A stretch of 64,000 nucleotides of DNA from Chiloscyllium plagiosum (Eukaryota). Where the stretch lies: assembly GCF_004010195.1 (NCBI RefSeq), contig NC_057719.1, forward strand, positions 25,134,809 through 25,198,808, written 5' to 3'. Under the pieces are notes generated by a model, which made no database searches, was not told where the DNA came from, and saw only the letters and a program-made list of their open reading frames with translations. The translations under genes and the position numbers were made by a program. This document shows, in pieces, positions 38,126-50,634 of this stretch. The number at the start of each line of letters is the position of its first letter. Position 1 is the stretch's first letter.

Positions 38126-41024
38126 TGCTCCAGTTTGTTGCATGAAGAATGCAGTGTCTTCATCATTAATTTTAAAGGCTGAGGGAGTGAAAACTACCAC
38201 TTGCCATTCTAACGTTTTTGGACCATGAAGAACCATGATTGTCTATGCACTGACTTCATGACGAGCGGTAGTGTATGAAACATAACAGTGAGCTGAAACG
38301 ACAAGTATTGCAGTTTAACAACACGTGATGAGGAATAGCAGCCCTCCTTTCCTCCAGAGTGGGAGCTCTGAACTTGGTACATACCAGAGATCGAGAAACA
38401 AACACTCCCTTGATCCTACTGCTCTTCCACAATTGAGGGCATTTTTAACAAGTATAATTTTAGTAAGAAAAACAAACAAGTAGCAGGAAACTGTTTTCCT
38501 CCTTTAGGGAATACTGGCTTTCTCAGGAGACTCCCACAGACTATTTTGGCCACATCTCTTTGAAATGGTATTTTCTCACCACTATCCACCCCTCTATTTG
38601 TGGTAGTGTTTGGCTTTTTGTGGCGTGTTTCGATAGTTTGGCTTGGTCCTCATATTACATTGAGGTTGATAGCATTGCAACTTTGAACATTTCAGACTTA
38701 ATACCAGCCTCACTACTGTGTTCATTCTCAAATGAATTTTGACACTTTACCTCATTTTGTGGAAGGTTTTGTGTGTAGGGATTAGGAAGATATGAGTAGA
38801 CAGCGTTGTGTTTTCAGTTACACCTGATGTAATTTACCATTTGGCCAGGGAGGAAACAAACTAATTTAAGTTTTGCACATAAAATGAAGATTTTAAAAAA
38901 GAATTTACTCCATCTGCCAATAACGTGGTTGCGTTGAAGTCTTATGAGAAGAGGGCTTGCATCATTGTCAATGCTGCTGTTTTAAGCTGTGAGATAAACC
39001 TATATTTAGGTGCAACTGGTTTGAAATCAACTAGTCAATTTTGAATTCTTCTTTTGAAGAGACTGTTCATCGACAGAGCCAAAATGTTACCAATTATTGA
39101 GCTATTCAATATAATGATGCTACTGTTGTGAACCAAATTGAATTACGTTTGTGGCATTCAACCTTTGAGGCTCCTGCTGATTGTTTGTTTTTCCCTGCAT
39201 TCCCTCATTTATTTTTTGCCTTCTCCCTCTGCTAATGAGTACATGTAGGATAACTTACATTCACCTTTATGAGTAAGAAAGTGCTGTATTATAATTAGAT
39301 AAGCAGTACCGAAACGAAACTGAATGAGAAAGATAATGCTGTGTCCCCAAAACACACATGCTGACGCTGTAAATGTTTGACTTTTAGAATGTAGGCTTTC
39401 GAAACTAATTGCACAGCACCATTTAAAAGTAAACATGCTCTGCATTAACTAGCCTCTAACATGTCCTGTCTGAGAATAGTGGCATCAAGATGTACAGCTT
39501 TGAAGAGTTCACTGCCAAAATGAGATGGCATTCAATCCTTGCACTAAAGTGAAACAAAGAACTGCGGACATTGAAGATCTGAAACACTTACTTTAATTCT
39601 GCTTTCTCTTCATGGATGCTCCCAAACCTGCTGAGTTTCTCCCACTGATTTCTATTTTTGTCTCAATTGTTGCATGTTGGGCCAAGTCTTGATCCAGTAC
39701 TTGTGCATTGGCAGAGGCATTGGTAATGTTAAAGAACAAGTTAGCAAGGCTGCCTTGGGACATCTTTACGATGGAAGAGAATAGGATGAATTGCAGAGGT
39801 CACTGTTCACAGAGTGAGTTAAGAGACATTGTGAGGCATAGTATTTGCTGCAACACTCCAATCCATAAATTCCATTGTTTGCCACTAGTTTTGCTGCCTG
39901 CAATAAACACAATGTTTGCAGGGTGGAGGGCGTTGCAGGGTGGAGAACTGCAAAGGATGTAGATAATAAATTACTTTGGCAGCTTGGTAGCCCTCTTGTT
40001 ATAATTGGGTTACTGCAGAATAGTCCATCTATGCCCTTAAACCAGGTGTTCGTAAGTTTGAAGTAATCTTGAATATCTTTTCCTGTGTTTTTGTGTTTGG
40101 CTTGTCCTTGCTGGCTGCTTGTACAATACCTCATGACCTAAACGTGTGAGACCAAGAGTCCGGTAGGATCAGTTCCCATTGCACAGAAGCTAAAACTTGT
40201 GGATGCTGGAAATCTGAAATAAAAGCAGAAATTGTTGAAGTTGACTTTTCAGGTCTGGTAGCATCTGTGGAGAGGGTAATGTAGTTAACATTACAGATCT
40301 GCCATTTTTCATTAAGGATCATTTTAAAGAGATATGTTTTTCTTTTTGACTAGAGAAAATGTGGAGGCAGACCCAGTGCAGGTATTTGTTTTATTTTTGA
40401 AAATTAATGTATAAATGAGGTGGGAGTAAAGGTCGTTTGTCACTTGCATAAGACTGAAGGGCACAAATCCAAACTTTGCAAGCTGTGAAGGCTCGAGATG
40501 AGAACAAACATGCTTTTATTTCCCCAGGGCATGTACTGAATGTGAAAGAAGTGGGCTTGATTGCTGCTTCAGTAGGAGGTGTGTTGACATCTGTAGCGTT
40601 GCAGGGTGGAGAACTGCAAAAGTATTTACCCACACTGTCACACGGCACTGACCCAAGGGAGAGGCCAGTGAAGGGAAATTAGTGCACATGGAAGTGAAGT
40701 GCTACAGGGCATGTAAGAGGGAGATTCACAGGATGAATGACACTTTCTCATTGTATTTCTGTTCGTTCTTGTCTGTCAAACATAGCTGACCACTAGTTTG
40801 AGCTAATAGAGAAGAAAAAGCTTAGATTGTTTTCACACCTAGAGCATGATTGTAAAGATTCAGTGGTGGGAGACCTGGGGAATAAAATTAACAGGGAGAG
40901 CAAGAGTATGGGGAATTTGCACGTCTATGTATCTTAACTGTTTGCTGTTTTGATACTGCCTGTTGTGCGTCAGCTGTAACTCAGCTTTCCTGTTTCCTTC
41001 TGTGTCACACTCCACCAGACTAAT

Positions 41025-41330
41025 GCTTCAATTGCAGTACTGAAACTGTCCTGTCGGAGGAGCTGTCGGATGAGACAGTACACCATGCTGCCACCATACC
41101 CCCTCCCTGCCCCACACCTCCCCCACCAACCCCACACCACCCTCAATCTCCATGCCCCTCAGGAATGTAAAATATCCCATTGCGTTGTGCAAAGAAAAAG
41201 GAGTGGGATTAACTACTGTATACTGACTGATATTTCTCCCTCAACTGACATTACAGAAACAGATTATCTGATCTCAGTCGTATTGATGGTTGTGGGAGCT
41301 TGCTGTGTGTAAATTGGCTGTTCTTTTTCC
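41025..41330 (+). mobile_element. Deu-domain SINE remnant
   Basis: TGCAGTACTGA..CTGTCGGAGG..CGGATGAGAC and AACAGATTATCTG...TGTGGGAGCTTGCTGTGTGTAAATTGGCTG. Confidence 0.6.
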
Positions 41331-41334
41331 CTGC

Positions 41335-41900
41335 AGGGATGTTATGCTGCAACTGTATAGGGTGCTGGTGAGGTTGTACCAAGAGTACTGTGTACAGTTT
41401 TGGTCTCCTTACCTGAAAAAGGATGTGATGCAGAGGAGGTTCACTGGGTTGATTCTGGAATTGAGAGTTGGCTTATGAGGAGCGATTGAGTGGACAGAGA
41501 CTATATTAATTGTAATTTAGAAGAACAAGGGGGGGCCTTATAAAACGTGTAGAATTATGAAGGAATAGATAAGTTTGTTTGTTTGTTACTGCTGGAGGGT
41601 GAAGTTAGTACTAGGGAACGTTGTCTCAAAATAAGGGGGAGCATATTTAGGACTGAGTTGAGGAACTTCTCCACCCAAAGGGTTGTGAATCTATGGAATT
41701 CCTGCCTGTGAAGCAGTTGAGGCTATCTTGTTGAGTCTTTTAAGGCAAAGATGGATATATTTTTGAACGGTAAAGGAAATAAGAGTTGTGGTGACCAGGC
41801 AGCTAAGTGGAGCTGAGTCCATGAAAAGATCAGCCATGATCTTATTGAACGGCAGAGCAGGCTGCAAGGGCCAGATGGCCTACTCCTCCTTGTTCTTATG
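41335..41900 (+). mobile_element. CR1 LINE 3' fragment
   Basis: DVMLQLYRVLVR..EYCVQFWSPYLKKD; tail GGCCAGATGGCCTACTCCTCC. Confidence 0.85.
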
Positions 41901-43918
41901 CTTTTATTAAAACAGTAACTGCACTCCAAATGTATTTCGGTGGCTGTAAAGCACAGAGAGATGTAATTATGCAACACAACCACCAGGCTAGTTTTTTTTT
42001 AAAAAAGAGATGCTGCACTGTTATCCACACCATGCAGAAATGAGCATTTTGATGTCATATTGAGCTGACATTTGTACAAAAAAAAATCAGCTAAATATCT
42101 GGGCTTTTGACTCCTTCCCTGTCAGATGGACTATGTTGTGGCTCTGTTTTGTTTACGTAGCACCAAGTTTCTTGCTTCGGTCAATATTAATGTGCTTGGG
42201 TATGAATAGGAAATTGTTTTCTACGTTATTTCATGCTGTAGAATAACCTATCTGTTGGGGAAAATATAGTCACCTTGATGGACAGCATGTCAGATCACCA
42301 ATACTTGCAGAAGTGAATGCTTCTGGTGACAATATGAAATATGAAAGCCAAATACTGAGGAGATTGGGATCAGAAATGAACAGTTACCATTTTAAGTTCA
42401 GTATGGATCTGAAACATTAATCATTTCCCTTTCCGGAGTGATTACCCACTGTGCATGTTTGGCTGCTGTGCATGCTCAAACACAGGCCACGAACATGGCC
42501 TGGCCATCGACAGCACACGCTGCAGGATGCATCAGTGCATGCATCGATGATTATCACTGCATTCCGTGTGCTGTGGTGTCAGTATCGGTGCATGCATCAC
42601 TGCTGGGGGTGGCTAGGCAGGGGTTTAGGCCCTGTTGGGTGCAGGGCAGCATTAAGGTTGGCGGAGTGTTGCTGCACCAGGGGACTGGGTTTGGGGAGGG
42701 CGAAACCAGGAGGCAGCCATCTTTTTCCCTGCAGAAGGCTGAGGGAAAATTTAGGGAGTGTGGTGGTGGGGGTGAGCAGGAGCAGGGATGGGTGAGAGGG
42801 GGAGGCTGCTCAGAGAAAATAAAACAAAAACTTATTTTTTTGTTTGATACAAGGGATATTATTTTACATCCAGTCACTTAATTCCCAATTGTTTGAGAAT
42901 TATGTCAACCTTCTTTTTGCTGTTTGAGTTACCAGGAGGTGATAGGTGCATTATACCGTCTTCTGTCTCCACAGATGCTTCCTGATCTGTTGAGTATATC
43001 TGGTATTGCTTTTATTTCAGATTTGCAAAAATGCTGCTTTTGTTTTAGAATGTTTTAACCTGGCAGATTGTGCTTTTTAAGGAAAGAAAGAGTTTGGGTT
43101 TTATAAATACCTGCTTCCTAACAGATACATTTCTGTGTATCTGAAGGCTGGTTTGAAGTCACTGTGCTTAACTCTATGGACTTTGTTAAATGGCATCAAT
43201 ATACACGAACATGGTTGGTGAGTTTTGTCAACTCATCTGTCTCATTAACTGGATAACACCAGATTGACAGAAAATTCTTGGAATCAGCTGCTTTATTTGG
43301 AGGAATTGAATGCAAAGGAAATCACTTGTTCTATTCATGATTTATTCTCTCATCTTCCTTTCTTCATTGCATCACTTTGACTGCTTCCCCCCCCCCCTTC
43401 TATTCCTTTTAAAACAGGAAGGCAAAACCTCATTGATAATTCAATATAAATACCCAGGAGTATGTTTTTAACTCACTGTGTTTAGGTTACATTGCAACAT
43501 CTCAGTTCTGTGAACAATGAATATTTTGAAGGAAGCGAGTGTTAGAAAGGAATTGTAACAGCTAGTCAACTACTGCAGCCTTCACGTAGAGCCAGCAGAT
43601 AAAATATCAATGAATGGCTTTGGAGGTGTTCAATTGAGGAAGGAAATCTTGGGCAGGACATCAGGAACGCCCCGTTTTCAAAACAAAAATACTAAAAGAC
43701 AAAAGCAAGAACTTGCATTTATATAGCACCTTTTGCAGTATCACTGCTTGCAGGCCAACAGAGAAACATTTAAGGATAGTCACTGATCTATTGAAGGAAA
43801 ATGATGTTTCCTACATGAATTTGATAAATGATCAGGTGATCTGTTGGTGACTTGGTTGAACTCATTTAGATAGATTTATGGGATATTTCAAGTGAACTTT
43901 AAGAACGCATGCTCTAAA

Positions 43919-44058
43919 AGTTCTGGTTGGAATGCCATGCTTCTAGGAATTCTCATGCGGGTTTTTGTTTGGCTTGTCCTAGGAATGATGTGGTGTCCTT
44001 CCTCATCCATGTGTAAGGATACTAGTGAGAGAGGGTCATGTCTTTTTGTGGCTAGGTG
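43919..44058 (-). repeat. Inverted copy of the Penelope segment at ~44500-44657
   Basis: AGTTCTGGTTGGAATGCCATGC...GTCTTTTTGTGGCTA is the reverse complement of the downstream GIY-YIG-coding segment, with a ~20-bp deletion. Confidence 0.88.
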
Positions 44059-44059
44059 A

Positions 44060-44905
44060 ACTACAGAAGCATCTACAAAGTAAGCTGCATCAGAATATTA
44101 TTTCAAAGAGCCAACACACACTGCAGCACAGAGGAACTATGCAGAGCAGAGGAAAATCACCTGTACAGTGTATTTTTAAAAAACGGGTAGCCAATGAACA
44201 CAGTCCACCGATTTCTCATCAACAAATCCAAACAAGCAGACAAAACACATTCAGAAACCCTAACCACTCTCCCCTACATCAAAGACATCTCGGAAATAAC
44301 TGCCAGATTACTCAGACCCCGTGGCATCATGGTAGTCCACAAACCCACCAACACACTAAACCAGCAGCTAATGAACTTGAAAGACCCTATACAGACCACA
44401 AGCAAAACTAATGTCATTTACAAAATACCATGCAAGGACTATAACAAATACTACATTGGACAAACTGGCAGAAAACTAGCCACCAAGATACATGAACACC
44501 AATTAGCCACAAAAAGACATGACCCTCTCTCGCTAGTATCCTTACATATGGATGAGGAAGGACACCACTTCGACTAGAACAACACATCTATCCTAAGACA
44601 AGCCAAACAAAGACATGCACGAGAATTCCTAAAAGCATGGCATTCCAACCAGAACTCTATCAACAAACACATTGACTTGGATCCCATTTAGCACCCCTGA
44701 GAAAAAGAACAGGAAATGACATCACCACAGGAAATGACATCAGCAACCCAAAGAAACCCAAACATATAAATAGAAAGCAGGAATTATCAGCAGTGCTTCG
44801 CCTGAGGCCCACTGAACATGTTACCTAGTGTGGTGACAAAATGTCTGGAAATGAACCTTCCAGCTCAGAGAGAGGACCTCAACCTGAGCTTCAAATCTTC
44901 TCATG
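44060..44905 (+). mobile_element. Penelope-like element 3' part encoding a GIY-YIG endonuclease (family D)
   Basis: ORF 44194-44577: LPYIKDISE...NVIYKIPCKDYNKYYIGQTGRKLATKIHEH...GHHFD* (premature stop; AREFL.AW follows). Confidence 0.92.
44809..44848 (+). ncRNA. Degenerate hammerhead ribozyme (family D)
   Basis: CCA-CTGAAcA-T-GTTACC-tagtgt-GGTGAC-aAA-ATGT-C-TGG; helix I CCA/TGG, 6-bp helix II. Confidence 0.7.
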
Positions 44906-45004
44906 ACTCTTTTCGAATCCCCAACCCGCCGACTGATCTAAACTGCCACTTTAATTGGGGAGTTTAACATCTTTGTAGGACAATGAAATGTATTATCGCC
45001 TGGA

Positions 45005-45250
45005 GGGATGCTTCTGGGTCTGCTCCTGGGCCTGGCCAGGTTGGCTATTGACAGGTTCAAGCAGCAGGATGTGGAGCGGGTCATAGCTATTGACTGTTTG
45101 CCCCTCTGCCATGGCTACATTTATACCTGGGTGACCTTGGAGAAGGAGCACCTGGTGTCCATCGATACACTCGAAGCCTTTCGAGAGAGTTGGGAGCCAT
45201 AGGGGATGGAGTGCTATATCTCTCCTTCCAACTCTATTCTGATTTGAGCC
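45005..45250 (+). mobile_element. Tx1-type LINE extreme 3' fragment
   Basis: LLGLLLGLARLAIDR...DCLPLCHGYI..VTLEKEH..TLEAFRESW. Confidence 0.65.
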
Positions 45251-45594
45251 TCATCCAGCTCTCCCTTCTTCCCCCTCACCTTTTGATTTGCATTGTGCCT
45301 AACAGGCTTCGCACGTAAATTACTCAATTGGTTTAAAAACAAAAGTGATTTATTGGTGGTGTTTGGGGAAAAAAAACACGGGTGATTTATTGATGGGGGA
45401 GAAAAATCACCTAGTTTTGTGTAAGAACACTTCTGGGAAAAAAAAGGAAGACCTTCCGTAAATGCACCCCCCCCTCCAAATCCTGTCCAACTATTATGTT
45501 TAAAAGTCAGCCCAGATCATGTACTCAAACCTCGATGTCACAGGACTGTGTACCTTTTCTATAAATGAGCCCTACTAAAGAAGCTAAGTTCAAG

Positions 45595-45725
45595 GATTTT
45601 GAGAAGATTTGTAGCTCTGATTGTGGATGTAATTGTTGGTTTATTTTCCGAGCTCATAGATTTGTATGCAGACATTTTGTCACTCTGCTAGGTAACATTG
45701 TCAGTATGCCTTCCGATGAAATGTT
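45595..45725 (-). mobile_element. Penelope family D-like terminus with decayed hammerhead
   Basis: Minus strand CTGACAA-T-GTTACC-tagcag-AGTGAC-AAAATGTC; the end GAGCTACAAATCTTCTCA matches 44887-44903. Confidence 0.65.
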
Positions 45726-46334
45726 GACATTTATTATATTTCTGTATGAATTTCAGATTGAAGAGTTTCTCAGCACTTAAGAGTAACTTTCTGTCACTTA
45801 TTTTTTATTGTGTCTGCAAACCTAGCTGCTTCTGATTTAAATCTCCACCCACTGTGAGATACTTGTTGGGCTACTGAGCAAAAATACTCAGTGGAAATGT
45901 TGATTGTAGCTCCACAGTTTTCAGCCCCAGCATCTCTTCAAGTTAGTTGCTTCTTAGACTGCCAGTACCCTCAGTATCAGTTGCAAGTGTTCCTTCCTGT
46001 GTGGCCTGTCCTTGTGTCTCTACAGACAATTTGCTACTGATGATTGTGGGAACACTCTGATTTTCTCAGTATCCACCTATGTACTTTTCCGATAGAAACC
46101 ACTGATAATTATCAAGAGTAGAAGCTCTAAGGCATGTCACTGCCTTGGCTAATATTTGGATAAAAATGTAAAGGTTTTGCATTTTATTCCAACAAAATCA
46201 ATTTAGATCTCAAAAGGCAAGCCTTTCGATGAGTGAATTGTTGGTTTGCTTTCCTGTAGGTCAAGATGACCAACTCTAGATGTCCTAGAATAGGGACACC
46301 TTGCTGCCATTATACAGGACCGTGGTGAGACTAT

Positions 46335-46760
46335 GCATAAACTCATACAGTACCAAAGAGGCCCTTCAGCCCTTCAAGTCTGTAATGCCAAAAACACAAT
46401 GCTGCATACACTCATCCCACTTTCTCGCACTAGGCCTTGACTGTTAAGACACGTGCATTTTTATTTTAAAGATTGTGAGGTTTCCTGCTTCAGCTACGAC
46501 CCCAGGCTGTGCATTCCAGATTTCCACCAGATTCTTCATGAAAAGGTTTTCCTCAAACCTCTCTAAATCTCCTGCCTTTCACTTTTAAAATTATGCCCCC
46601 TCCCCCTTTCTTATTGACCCTTCAACTAAGGGGAACAGCTGCTTTCTCTCCACCCTGTCCATGCACCTCCTAATCTTGTACATCATTATCAGGGTCTCCC
46701 TTCAGCCTTCTATGCTCTGAAGAAAACAATCCAAGCTTATCCATGCTCTCTCTTCATAGA
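46335..46760 (-). mobile_element. CR1 LINE 3' fragment
   Basis: Reverse complement of KLGLFS..RRL, GHNFK and WNAQP motifs plus tail. Confidence 0.75.
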
Positions 46761-47285
46761 TGGAGTATTGTGTGCAGTTCTGGTCTGTCTCGCGGAGAGA
46801 GGGTACAGTTTCCATAGCATCCATAGCGGGAGTACAATGGAGGTCCACTAGGCTGACACTGGAGATGGCTAGGCTGTCCTATGAGGAGCAATTGGTGCAG
46901 TTAGCCCTCTATTAACTATAGTTTACAGGGAAGGGAGGGGAGCTGATTGAAGCACAGAACTCCAACAGGGCTGGACAAATTAAATGCAGGGACGATGTTT
47001 CCCTGTTTGGGAAGTCTCTGGAACTGAAATAAACCATTTAGGATTGAGATGAGGAAAAGCTTCTTGTGGAAACAACTAACTCAGAAGGCTTTGGAGGCCA
47101 CATCACTGAGTAGATTGGAGAAAGACTTTTAAAAACGTATACCATTTAGATTTTAGAGTTATTAATGTCTAAGGAGAGAAATGGGAAATAAGGCAATAAG
47201 ATCAAGGGTTATTGAATATTGTATATTGAGTGGTTGAGCAGGGTTAAAGGGCCTCATAGACTTCTCCAGTCCTGGTTTCTATGTT
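46761..47285 (+). mobile_element. CR1 LINE 3' fragment (old)
   Basis: EYCVQFWS...SYEEQL and a decayed tail. Confidence 0.7.
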
Positions 47286-48339
47286 TTGAAGCTTCTACCC
47301 ATGCACCTAGTTCAGTTCAGATGTTTGAAAAGGCCAGTGCACTGAATTATTGATACCCGGAACCTGAGAAGGATGTGGAATGATTACACTGCAGATCTGA
47401 AGATATATTATTATGGCAGTTATGCAAATATAAATGAACAAGGTTTGTGTTTCATTTCCTTTTGGAGTTAGTTACATATTCACAGTAAGAATATCATCCG
47501 ATTCTAACACGTACTATTTACCTTGATTAACTGGTTGGTGAGCGATTATAGTAAATATGAACTTTGTACACTCATACTGATTTGAATGCAATACATTGAC
47601 ATTTGTGCAGGGCATTAGCTGTGCTCCTTGCGCTATGTAAGCACACTCATTTTATAATGCAATTCAGGATAGATGATGCGGTGTTCAGGTCAATCAGCAA
47701 TATAACCATAGCATGAAATGACATGAAATAAATGAGCTGTTTTTTGCTAGTGAGTATTACATTTCACCTTAGTTAGTTGGCTTATTTTGTTTGCAATGTT
47801 TGTTGCTGTTATTTGTGTATCAGTTATAGGTATTAACTGAGTTTCACTTGAGCACCTTAAATCTGAGACAGTTACTGAAATTGTGGTATGGTTGCATTAG
47901 GAGATGCATGCTTGCAATGTTTTACTCTGTAAATAAAAATTCGACTGAGTATGGATTAACTGGAGTGCCATCTGGAGTGTGATTGGCTTTTTCGAGTATA
48001 ATGCTTGCACTTTAGAATGATTACGTTAGATTTTCAACCATAACTTTAAAACATATTAATAACTTAATGTGTCATAAATTAGACTTGATTGCTATTTTTT
48101 TGGCATTTACAGTTCAAAAGATTACATTTCCTCTTCATGATGGTGAAATGCTTCCCATTGTGAGGCTGTGAAAACTTTTTAAGGCTTTTCATCAAGATTC
48201 GACTGGAATGTATAGATCAAGGATTTGGGAAAAAGCCAATTATGACGACAATTATTTGCAGGTTATAAACTGACACAGTCTGTTTGGAATGGCTCATTTC
48301 TGCATTAGAACTTTGGGCTTCTTATTGCATGTGGGAATC

Positions 48340-48695
48340 GTGAATGGCCCAAGTCATGAGGGTAACTCCTATGGGCTGCATACAGTAGCAACAATGTGCA
48401 CCATCTTCCAGTTGCATTGCAGCATCTCATTGAGGGCTCCTTTCATGGCACCCTGTGAAACTGTGGCCTGTACATCCCAGAGAGATAAGCACAGCAGGCA
48501 AGTAGGAGGCCTTACACCTGTAAGTTCCCTTCTGAATTATGCACCATGTTATATTGTTGTTTCTTTTACTGTCACTGGGTTAAAAACCTGGAATATCACC
48601 CCTATCAATGCTGACAGTGCACATACACTGTGCAGACTGCAATGGTTCAGGAAGATGGCTCACTATCACAGTCTCAAGGACAATAAAAGCTAGCC
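48340..48695 (+). mobile_element. L2/CR1-group LINE 3' remnant
   Basis: HTVATMCTIFQLHCS; tail GGTTCAGGAAGATGGCTCAC...TCTCAAGG. Confidence 0.55.
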
Positions 48696-48812
48696 ATAGG
48701 GTCTCACAGCATGGAAATAGACCCTTTGGTCCAACTAATCCACATTAGCCATGTTCCCAAACTAAACTAGTCCCATTTGCCTGCATTTGGCCCATGTCCC
48801 TCCAAACCTTTC
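48696..48812 (-). mobile_element. CR1 LINE 3' tail
   Basis: ACAGCATGGAAATAGACCCTTTGGTCCAACT...TTTGGCCCATGTCCCTCCAAACC. Confidence 0.8.
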
Positions 48813-49149
48813 ATAGTCATGTGGCCCCAGCTTGCATCCCAAGAATAAATAAATACAATAAATAAGATCAGGGCAAGAATGGAATTAGAACCTTGAGCTA
48901 TAATGTTTACCTGATTTTATTTTATTCTCTTTCTATGAAGCAAAGCTTCCTCCCTCATCATTACAACAGTATTTCAAATTTAACATGGCTAATGTACTTG
49001 CTTGATTCTAAAGTGCTTAATGATGTCAGGGAAGATGCTATATAAATAAAGCTTGTTTTTAAAAAAAACTTCTCATTTTGGCCACCAAGGGTTACTTTTG
49101 TAAACAAACTGCCATCTCCAGATGCTGATGTTGTGAATTTTGAAAATTT

Positions 49150-49560
49150 TTTCATGGGATGTGGATGTCACTGGCTGGTCCAGCAACTGTTGCCTTTGAG
49201 AAAGTAGGAACCACCTTCTTGTACTGTGGCAGGCCGTGGGATGGGCAAGGGGAAGGAACGGGGTACAGCTCCAGTATCGTTGGGAAGGGAATTCTGGGAT
49301 TTTGACACATTAACTGCAAAGGATGGTGTGTGGCTTGCATGGTAACAAGTAGGTGATGGTGTTGCCATGTGTGCCTTGTTCTGGGTTGCAGGGATTGTGG
49401 GTTTGGAAGGTGCTGCTGAAGGATCAATGGATGGGAGCTACTGTGCATTTTGTAAATGGTACAGTCTGTTGCTACCGTGCATTGGTGATGGAAGGAATGA
49501 ATATTTAATGGGATGGATTGGCTACAATCCAAAGAGGGCTGTTTTGTCCTGGATTGTCTT
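49150..49560 (-). mobile_element. L2/CR1-group LINE 3' fragment
   Basis: LNIHSFHHQCTVATDCTIYKMHSSSHPLILQQHLPNP. Confidence 0.7.
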
Positions 49561-49934
49561 GTGGTGTTGAATGCAAGTAATATGCAGTTGGATTAATATT
49601 TCCGAGCTTTGTTTAACACTGTTTACAAAGGCTGCACTCCTATCTCTGGGTATAGTGGTTATATCGCTCTACCAGACTCCACTACGTAATGCTAAACTAC
49701 TCATCAGATCTATTGCATCTGGGGTGTTGACTACTGGAGGTGCTAAACCCTCAGCACAAAGCCTGCTTCCAAAATGCTTTAAGCAGTCTAGATCAAAGCA
49801 GTTCTCTGAATCTTAGTATGTTTTGCCACCAACTTTGGCTTTCAGGTAATAGAGAATGGAAGTTTTTTGATATTTGATGAGTTACAACTGTGTTGATGTA
49901 TAACTTGCCTATCATGATATGCCCTCCAAAAGAT

Positions 49935-50520
49935 AGGGGAGATGGTGGTGTAGTGATAACGTCACTGGGCTAGTAAAGCAGGCTAATTCAAATCCAGCCA
50001 TGGCATTGGTGAAATATAAATTGATTTAGGAATAGAGATGGCTAATAATTACCCATATCCTATGAGCAAGTAAAATTAATCTGGAACGTAGTTTAGTATT
50101 GGTGACTATGTAACTGTCATTGCCTGTTGTAAAACTATATCTGGATCACTCATGTCCTTTCATAAGAGAGAATATTTACCTTCATTTGACAAAAAGCAAA
50201 AGAATTGTGGATGCAGTAAATCAGAGACCAAAATAGAAATTGCTGGAAAAGCTCAGCAGGCCTGGCAGCATCTGTGGAGAGAAATCAGAGTCAATATTTT
50301 GGAAAGGTCACCAGACCTGAAATGTCAACTCTGATTTCTCTACACAAATGCTGTGTCAGACCTGTTGAGCTTTTCCAGTAATTTCTACTTTTGCTTTCAT
50401 GTGATTTCAGACCTGGACCAACATGGTTGATTCTTAATTGCACTGTGACGTGACCTCACAAGCCATTCAGTTGTATCAGCAGTGGTGGTTCAAGAAGTTC
50501 ACAACAGCATCTTGAGGTGA
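49935..50520 (+). mobile_element. Old tRNA-derived SINE interrupted by a Penelope fold-back
   Basis: GGTGGTGTAGTG A-box-like and TTCAAATCC B-box-like motifs; GGTTCAAGAAG tail shared with the L2-like fragments. Confidence 0.5.
50188..50399 (-). mobile_element. Fold-back Penelope terminus (family C)
   Basis: Arms ~50225-50300/50308-50399; centre holds AGGTC-acca-GACCT-GAA-ATGT-C (hammerhead helix II/III); tail on the left only; no clear TSD. Confidence 0.8.
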
Positions 50521-50521
50521 T

Positions 50522-50634
50522 AGGAGAAAGTGAGGACTGCAGATGCTGGAGATCACAGTCGAAAAGTGTGGCGCTGAAAAAGCACAGCAGGTCAGGCAGA
50601 ATCTGAGGAACAGGAGAGTCGACAGGTCGGGCAT
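50522..50634 (-). mobile_element. Penelope family B terminus
   Basis: AGGAGAAAGTGAGGACTGCAGATGCTGGAGATC...CAGGAGAGTCGAC..CGGGCAT. Confidence 0.85.
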
